A DNA stretch of 64,000 nt, from NCBI GenBank assembly GCA_964450915.1, contig CAYVFG010000002.1:5379-69378 (forward strand), read 5' to 3'. Every line of letters starts with the position of its first letter. Position 1 is the stretch's first letter. The notes beneath the pieces are model-generated. The model did not search any database. It was given only the letters and a program-made list of their open reading frames with translations, and was not told where the DNA came from. This stretch comes from an uncultured Candidatus Saccharibacteria bacterium. Lineage in GTDB: Bacteria; Patescibacteriota; Andersenbacteria; UBA10190. Positions 58,506 to 64,000 of this stretch are shown piece by piece. A program made the position numbers and the translations under genes.

Positions 58506-59904
58506 TATCTTTCTCAGTAATTTCTTGTATAAGCCAAAGAACTATAACGAAGAGTAATCCTAGGAGCACATATTGCCCGAGAAGCGCAATGCCTGACACT
58601 TTCCAAAAATATGTCGGCAATACAGCACATACGGTTGCGACGCAGACATTCACAGTGCTGCGCACAGGAAATGAGATCTTGAATACTTGAAAGGTATACA
58701 CTCCCAATGCAATAAGCCCAAGAGCCCCAGCAATGGTTGTTTGCCATGCCGCACCAATAAGGCCGTACATGGGAATCAGGAACATGCCCAACACGGCGCT
58801 TGTAACTATCATCGCACCTGTTATATACAATCCAACCTTTGCCTTGCCGGCACCGGCGACTATGTTCGCTAGGAGCAAATAGAACGACAAGCAGCCGAGC
58901 CCGAGCATTAATATCGTTAAAATAGGCGCTGCTTGGATATACTTGGTTGAGAAAAATAGTATCACAAGCCCCTTGCTTGTTGCGGACGCAAGAACGATGC
59001 TCGGAACGATGAGAATGATCAGGTATCTCAATGCATCTTTGATAAATTGGATAGCTTTATCGTGGTCTGCCCCGGGGCGAGTGAGCGCCGCCACACTCGG
59101 AAGCAACACGAACGATAATCCTTGTAGCAGCATGTATGAAATCCTTGAAAGCGTTACGGCAGCATTGTAGTATCCGGCAAGGACGTCATTTTTGAGCATC
59201 GCTTTCACCATGAATAAGTCTTGGCTCATCAAAATTTGCAAGCCAACCAAGATAATCGCATACGTGCCGGCAAACGAAAGAAACGATCGCACATGAATGG
59301 CATGCCCCTCGCTTTTTGGAATATTCCGTGTCCAATACCATCCAAGAATTGCAGCAATGATTCCGCCAATTGCGAATCCTGCCAGCGCGCCGTAGAGAGA
59401 AAAGAAATAGAGCAACGCCAGCGCGCCGCACAATTTTGCAATTGCATATATAGAGGTTAAAAATGCCTGCGCATTAAAACGATGCATGCCGCTCAAAAAT
59501 TGAACATAAATTGGATAGAACGCCTGGAAAAAGATAATGACCGAAACAAACAGGACATATAAACTCAAATGAGGATCGTGCAAGGCAAACGCAATAAGAG
59601 GTGAGGCAAGAGCTAGCAGCAACGACAGCCCGATACTGATTAAGAGCTGGAGCCGAAGCGCGTGCGACAGTATCGACTTCGCATGCTGCGGATCCTGGGC
59701 AACGAATTTTGAAACGGCGCTTGGCACTCCAAGAGTCAAAATCATTCCAAAAATTGTTTGAATAGAGAGCACCACACCGTATATTCCATACTCCGCCGGT
59801 CCGAGTAATCGCCCAATTAATACATGCGTTGCATAACCAAACAGCAGCACGATTGCCTGAGCTACCATTAACGCAATTGCTCCTGTTAATTTTGTCTGTT
59901 TCAT
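58474..59904 (-). CDS. Polysaccharide biosynthesis protein / Wzx-like flippase (MOP superfamily).
   Basis: About 14 TM helices with the Polysacc_synt-like layout. GAIALMVAQAIVLLFGYATHVLIGRLLGPAEYGIYG N-terminus. Confidence 0.7.
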   Translation of the reverse strand: MKQTKLTGAIALMVAQAIVLLFGYATHVLIGRLLGPAEYGIYGVVLSIQTIFGMILTLGVPSAVSKFVAQDPQHAKSILSHALRLQLLISIGLSLLLALASPLIAFALHDPHLSLYVLFVSVIIFFQAFYPIYVQFLSGMHRFNAQAFLTSIYAIAKLCGALALLYFFSLYGALAGFAIGGIIAAILGWYWTRNIPKSEGHAIHVRSFLSFAGTYAIILVGLQILMSQDLFMVKAMLKNDVLAGYYNAAVTLSRISYMLLQGLSFVLLPSVAALTRPGADHDKAIQFIKDALRYLIILIVPSIVLASATSKGLVILFFSTKYIQAAPILTILMLGLGCLSFYLLLANIVAGAGKAKVGLYITGAMIVTSAVLGMFLIPMYGLIGAAWQTTIAGALGLIALGVYTFQVFKISFPVRSTVNVCVATVCAVLPTYFWKVSGIALLGQYVLLGLLFVIVLWLIQEITEKDIAYAKSIIRK

Positions 59905-62180
59905 AGGCCGAGCGCTATTAGATCGATGCCAATTGTTTTATGCATCGGATTATCTATAGTAAGCGTGATAAATCCTCTGTCGTCAATATGGGCTTGTTCC
60001 GGCGAGAGGGTGATAGCTTGCTGCACTTCATTACTCAGGCTTATTTTCTCACCGGATGTCGCAATAACAGAAAGGCCTGAAACGGGTGCCGTAAGGCGAA
60101 TGACGAACTGCAATTCCGAATCATTCGGCCATATTTTTTGCACATAATCTGCAACGTTAAATTCAAGCGGGATATACGGGGACGATGTCTGCCTGTAGGT
60201 TATATGTTTTATTGCTTTTGGGTCAGAAAGTTCCGGAGTGCGAATACTTGCTTCCAAATGTTCGAACGCATCTTCATCATCGCCGATATCGTTTGCAAGG
60301 GTTGTAGGTTTTAGCAAAAAATCACAAAGCGAATCTGCGCTGCATGACGAATCCGTATTTTTTATTTTATATATGCCAGCATTGTCAGCAATGTTTACTT
60401 CTTGCAACAGAGGGTTATGGGCAAATGCGAATTCGGACGATCCGGCAATACCGGTGACATAGCCTACAGAATGCTTCGCAAGTAGATTTGCTATTTCCGG
60501 GAGAGAGCCCAATGCAAATATTTTTTCATAATCCAATTGATTGATATACAGGTTATTTCGAATAGCAGATTGGCCGGCTTCGTTCATCTGCGTTTGCAAA
60601 TCTGAAGATATTCTCGTAAACATCGGGTGACCCGATAGCACGAACCAGGAAGCGGATCGCTTATTATAATCGTCAATTAAAATTCCCATACCCGATTTAT
60701 CCTGAGCGAGACGAGAAATTACATATTGCTGATCGCTCGTGAGCGTTGAATTTGTTCGAACGCTATGGCTTATGGATCCGAACGCCTTCTGAGTAGAAGA
60801 GATGGTTGCAGCAAGAACAATAACTATCGTAATGGCGAATAGAGATTTTTTTCTTCCGGCAATGCTCCAAAAGAAGTACGCCCCCAGAATAGAGAACGGA
60901 ACTGCGATGTAAAACAATGCCCTGATCGGCGGAATATCTATGCCGAGATTCGGCCCTTGTGATAGCGCAAACATAGCAAGCGCCATGATGCAAAATATAA
61001 TGTGCAAAGGATTCGTGCGGCGCTTGCGTGTGGCTTGGATAAGAAGCAGCACCAGTCCGAATAAACCCGCAAAAAACCACACAGTCCCCATAGTGCTTGG
61101 ATAGTCTGTAATATTGGGCAGCAAATTTGCCAAATGTGGGTGAAGGGTGAAAATTGACGGAATTTTCTTAATCAGCCCAAAAGCAATTGCAAAGAATATT
61201 GCCGCAGCAATACCGATAATCGCCCCAGCTGAAACGTGCCAGTGACTGCGTATTCCATTTTTAATATCCTTGCTGTGAATAATGGCCAATGTAATTCCGC
61301 CAAATAGAAACGCAAACGCTCCGATAAATGCTGAGAATTGATGGGTGAAAAATAGAGCAATTGCGCAGGTAAAGAACAATACGATGTCCGTCCACTTACG
61401 CCTTGCCACAAACGAAAGCGCCAGCAATATCATTCCAAACAAGAAAAACTCTCCGAATGAGTTTTGAAAGTGATACCCGGGTTCTCGCAAGTATCGCAAA
61501 AATCGAAACTGCGTAAGCAGGAGGATGATGCTAAGTAACGGCAACAACATATATTTCTTTTTTGGAAAAAGCTCTTGCGTAAGCGCCCCGGCAATCCACG
61601 CAACAGCAATCGCCGAGACAATAGAAAAAATACTAATCGTAAGAAGGGGAAGTGCCGATACTCGCATTACGAACGCAGACACGCCGTGCAAGCCGGGAGT
61701 ATAGAAATCAACCGGATCGCGATTTAATAGGGCAAAAGATTTGCTGTAATCGGGGAGATGGTTGGTTGCAATAGAATCCTGCGCCCAAATAATAGTTTTT
61801 TGAACGTCGCCAGTTGGCAAACCGTCTTGAATAAATAAAAATGGAACAATAAAGAAAGAGGAAAGCAATACCACACCCAGCACCACGGCGAGTACGCGCG
61901 CCATATTCATATAGGAATATATTTCTTTTTTGAAAACGAGCGAAGCAAACAATCCGACAATAGCTATTCCTGCAAAACTATACGCGACAGGAATACCCAC
62001 CAATAATCCGAGCATCAGAGCAATAATGTTTATCCCTAAGCTCCACAAGAGAATCCGCGCACCTTTGGAAAATACTTCGGTGCTATTTCGAATTTTTATA
62101 AAAAATATTCCGGGTATAAAAAACGGCAAAAATGCTGCAACAACAGCCCAAATAGCTTGTACTATACTCATACCAAACAA
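59901..62180 (-). CDS. Large polytopic membrane protein (759 aa, about 15 TM helices) with a soluble C-terminal domain of about 280 aa. Candidate GT-C or polymerase-like protein.
   Basis: Long multi-TM N-terminal region. I recognise no family motif. It sits in the operon between a GT4 and a flippase. Confidence 0.45.
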   Translation of the reverse strand: MFGMSIVQAIWAVVAAFLPFFIPGIFFIKIRNSTEVFSKGARILLWSLGINIIALMLGLLVGIPVAYSFAGIAIVGLFASLVFKKEIYSYMNMARVLAVVLGVVLLSSFFIVPFLFIQDGLPTGDVQKTIIWAQDSIATNHLPDYSKSFALLNRDPVDFYTPGLHGVSAFVMRVSALPLLTISIFSIVSAIAVAWIAGALTQELFPKKKYMLLPLLSIILLLTQFRFLRYLREPGYHFQNSFGEFFLFGMILLALSFVARRKWTDIVLFFTCAIALFFTHQFSAFIGAFAFLFGGITLAIIHSKDIKNGIRSHWHVSAGAIIGIAAAIFFAIAFGLIKKIPSIFTLHPHLANLLPNITDYPSTMGTVWFFAGLFGLVLLLIQATRKRRTNPLHIIFCIMALAMFALSQGPNLGIDIPPIRALFYIAVPFSILGAYFFWSIAGRKKSLFAITIVIVLAATISSTQKAFGSISHSVRTNSTLTSDQQYVISRLAQDKSGMGILIDDYNKRSASWFVLSGHPMFTRISSDLQTQMNEAGQSAIRNNLYINQLDYEKIFALGSLPEIANLLAKHSVGYVTGIAGSSEFAFAHNPLLQEVNIADNAGIYKIKNTDSSCSADSLCDFLLKPTTLANDIGDDEDAFEHLEASIRTPELSDPKAIKHITYRQTSSPYIPLEFNVADYVQKIWPNDSELQFVIRLTAPVSGLSVIATSGEKISLSNEVQQAITLSPEQAHIDDRGFITLTIDNPMHKTIGIDLIALGL

Positions 62181-63319
62181 TTATAATATACCTTTGCAGT
62201 TTCTTGATACGAATACTCTTCACCTTTTTCATACAGCGCCCTTTTATCTTCTTCCGAAATAGGATGCTGCAACAGATCTATAATATGATGCGCATATTCT
62301 CGAGCATCTCCCGCAGAAGCGAAAAACTTGCTATGCAAACTTTCGGGAAGAATAATGGGGCGAATCCCTATATTGCTTGTAACAATAGGTATGCCAGAGA
62401 CGCATGCAAGCATTGCGCGATAGCTGCTTTTTGCACGATTTACGATACTGTCATCTATCGGATCAACGATAATAGTTGTTTTTGCAGTAATTTCTGAAAT
62501 ATCTGCATCAGAAAATCGACCAAACCATTCAACGTAGCGTTCTACATTCTTTTCAGAAAATATTTTTCGCAATTCCTGCTCATCGTCCCCGGATCCCGCA
62601 ATAAGCATTGTTGCATCGGGAATTTCTTTTCGTACTTGCTGCAATATTTCTGGCAACATAAAAACCAAGTGCCCAGATGATGCCGAAATGCTGCCGATAT
62701 AGGTGATGACGTTATTCGAGCGATCAAGACCAGCCTCCGCCTGCTGGGCTTCGGCGGTTAAACCGGTAGGGATTAATGTTATTGGCACATCTTTTTGCGC
62801 AATTGCACGCATATGGTCTACGAGAAACGGTGTTGCGGCAATAATGTTCTGCGCCATTACACTTGCTCTTCGTTCTGCCCAATGCAGTACCGCGCGCTCG
62901 GACAAGCTCGATACAACATTTGCAAATAATTCAAAATCATCTACATCTAAAACAACTTTAGTTTTGATAAATATTCGAGCAAGAGATACGGCAAATACAT
63001 TCTCCGGAAGCGGCTTTACGATTACTATAACGTCCGGACGAATACTCAGTAACGATTGCAAAGCACGAATGGCATTGCCAAGCATTAAGAATAACAATGC
63101 GGCTCCGCGTTTTCGCTTTTTTCCTTCAGCTGTTCGTGCAAACGGATTCTTGCCAACACTCACAACGCTCAACCCGTCGATTTGCGGCGTTTCGCCCTCA
63201 TCATGCACCAGCAGCGTCACATCGTTGCCCATTCGGGCAATTTCTTTTGCAACAGGGATAATTCGCCCGATAAGCGTGGACTGAACGATCGATTGCGTTG
63301 TAACAAAAGCGATCTTCAT
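62168..63319 (-). CDS. GT4-family glycosyltransferase.
   Basis: MKIAFVTTQS N-terminal domain and VSGIPIVTSNIG C-terminal region. Confidence 0.8.
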   Translation of the reverse strand: MKIAFVTTQSIVQSTLIGRIIPVAKEIARMGNDVTLLVHDEGETPQIDGLSVVSVGKNPFARTAEGKKRKRGAALLFLMLGNAIRALQSLLSIRPDVIVIVKPLPENVFAVSLARIFIKTKVVLDVDDFELFANVVSSLSERAVLHWAERRASVMAQNIIAATPFLVDHMRAIAQKDVPITLIPTGLTAEAQQAEAGLDRSNNVITYIGSISASSGHLVFMLPEILQQVRKEIPDATMLIAGSGDDEQELRKIFSEKNVERYVEWFGRFSDADISEITAKTTIIVDPIDDSIVNRAKSSYRAMLACVSGIPIVTSNIGIRPIILPESLHSKFFASAGDAREYAHHIIDLLQHPISEEDKRALYEKGEEYSYQETAKVYYNCLV

Positions 63320-64000
63320 GCGACTGCTGCAACACGATTCTTTTCCTGCTTGCTAATTCTCGTTATAAGGGGAAGTATTGCTAGCGCAGATTTTATTAGA
63401 GTTACGGTATCAAGCTTGCTCCCGTCTTTTGATTCCCATGCGATAGGGAAGTTGTGAGTGGTGTATCCTCTGCGGATAGATCGATATGCGATCTCCGTAT
63501 CGAATAGCCATCTGTTTTCTTCCAAATCTTTATACAAATCTTGCGCTACTTCTTTTTTATATCCCTTAAAACCGCACATCGTGTCAATATCTCCGAAGCC
63601 GAACAGCCTCATGTACGCGCGATTTAAATATCCGGAAAGAGATCGCAATGCGGAATGCCGCTCCATCACAGAGCCTGGGAGCCACCTGCTTCCGATAGCG
63701 ATATCGTATCCCTCCAATGCCGCTATCATTTTTGGCAATTCAGAAATATCAGTAGCACCGTCTGCGTCCATGAATACTATATGATCGCCAGTTGCAGCCA
63801 GTACGCCTGCTTTTACTGCGGCGCCTTTTCCCATATTCTGCGGTTGAGAAATGACGAAAAATCCGGGAATACCAGAACCTGCTTGCCGTGCTGTTTCTTG
63901 CGTGTTATCCGTACTCCCATCATCAACAATTAATACTTCAGAAATTTGCGTCGGGTGCGCAGAGCAGTAAGAAGCAATTGATACTAGAAACGGCTGGAGC
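63316..64000 (-). CDS. GT2 polyprenol-phosphate sugar synthase-like (GtrB/Dpm1-like), partial. The N-terminus lies beyond the window end; the track shows only the internal Met at 63834.
   Basis: I extended the reading frame upstream by hand. It reads ...VLIVDDGSTDNTQETARQAGSGIPGFFVISQPQNMGKGAAVKAG...FMDADGATD with no stop up to position 64000. Confidence 0.8.
   Translation of the reverse strand, partial: LQPFLVSIASYCSAHPTQISEVLIVDDGSTDNTQETARQAGSGIPGFFVISQPQNMGKGAAVKAGVLAATGDHIVFMDADGATDISELPKMIAALEGYDIAIGSRWLPGSVMERHSALRSLSGYLNRAYMRLFGFGDIDTMCGFKGYKKEVAQDLYKDLEENRWLFDTEIAYRSIRRGYTTHNFPIAWESKDGSKLDTVTLIKSALAILPLITRISKQEKNRVAAVA

Noticed and set aside
1-64000. Search for CRISPR arrays, IS elements, integrases and long direct or inverted repeats
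   Set aside because: No regularly spaced direct repeats and no transposase- or integrase-like ORFs were seen. The only repeats are protein-level paralogy among the GT-C families.

Overview
This 64-kb window is almost entirely one cell-envelope glycosylation / polysaccharide super-locus from a moderately low-GC (about 43-45%) bacterium. I found no rRNA, tRNA, CRISPR array or recognisable mobile element. Genes sit in long operons with overlapping stop/start codons: a plus-strand operon from 31820 to 44733 and a minus-strand run of about 17 genes from beyond 64000 down to 44776.

Gene content:
- Membrane glycosyltransferases (GT-C type). At least 8 carry the PMT_2/ArnT-type 'DE' loop motif. They form two paralog families: family A with 4 copies and family B with 2 copies.
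- 3 YfhO-like membrane proteins.
- 4 polyprenol-phosphate-sugar synthase-like GT2 genes of the Dpm1/GtrB type. One is truncated at the window end.
- A 67-aa half-size GtrA-like protein.
- 8 GT4 genes, 2 GT9 heptosyltransferase-like genes and 2 other GT2 genes.
- 3 SDR epimerase/dehydratases.
- 5 SAM-dependent methyltransferases, one of them TcaB9/TylCIII-like sugar C-methyltransferase.
- One MurJ-like and two Wzx-like flippases.
- A CE4 polysaccharide deacetylase.
- An AsnB-family amidotransferase.
- A free-standing carrier-protein-like gene.

Observations worth a second look:
- The density of GT-C, Dpm1-like and GtrA-like genes suggests a multi-branch, lipid-linked periplasmic glycosylation system.
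- An N-terminal anchor plus beta-rich module recurs on at least 5 different membrane proteins.
- Two GC-rich intergenic islands (4013-4626 and 51879-52170) each carry their own promoter or terminator and an orphan ORF or possible sRNA.
- Two unannotated small membrane ORFs are translationally coupled to neighbours.
- Many divergent gene pairs have start codons only 16-40 bp apart.

All calls rest on reading the translations and on motif recognition. No database search was run.
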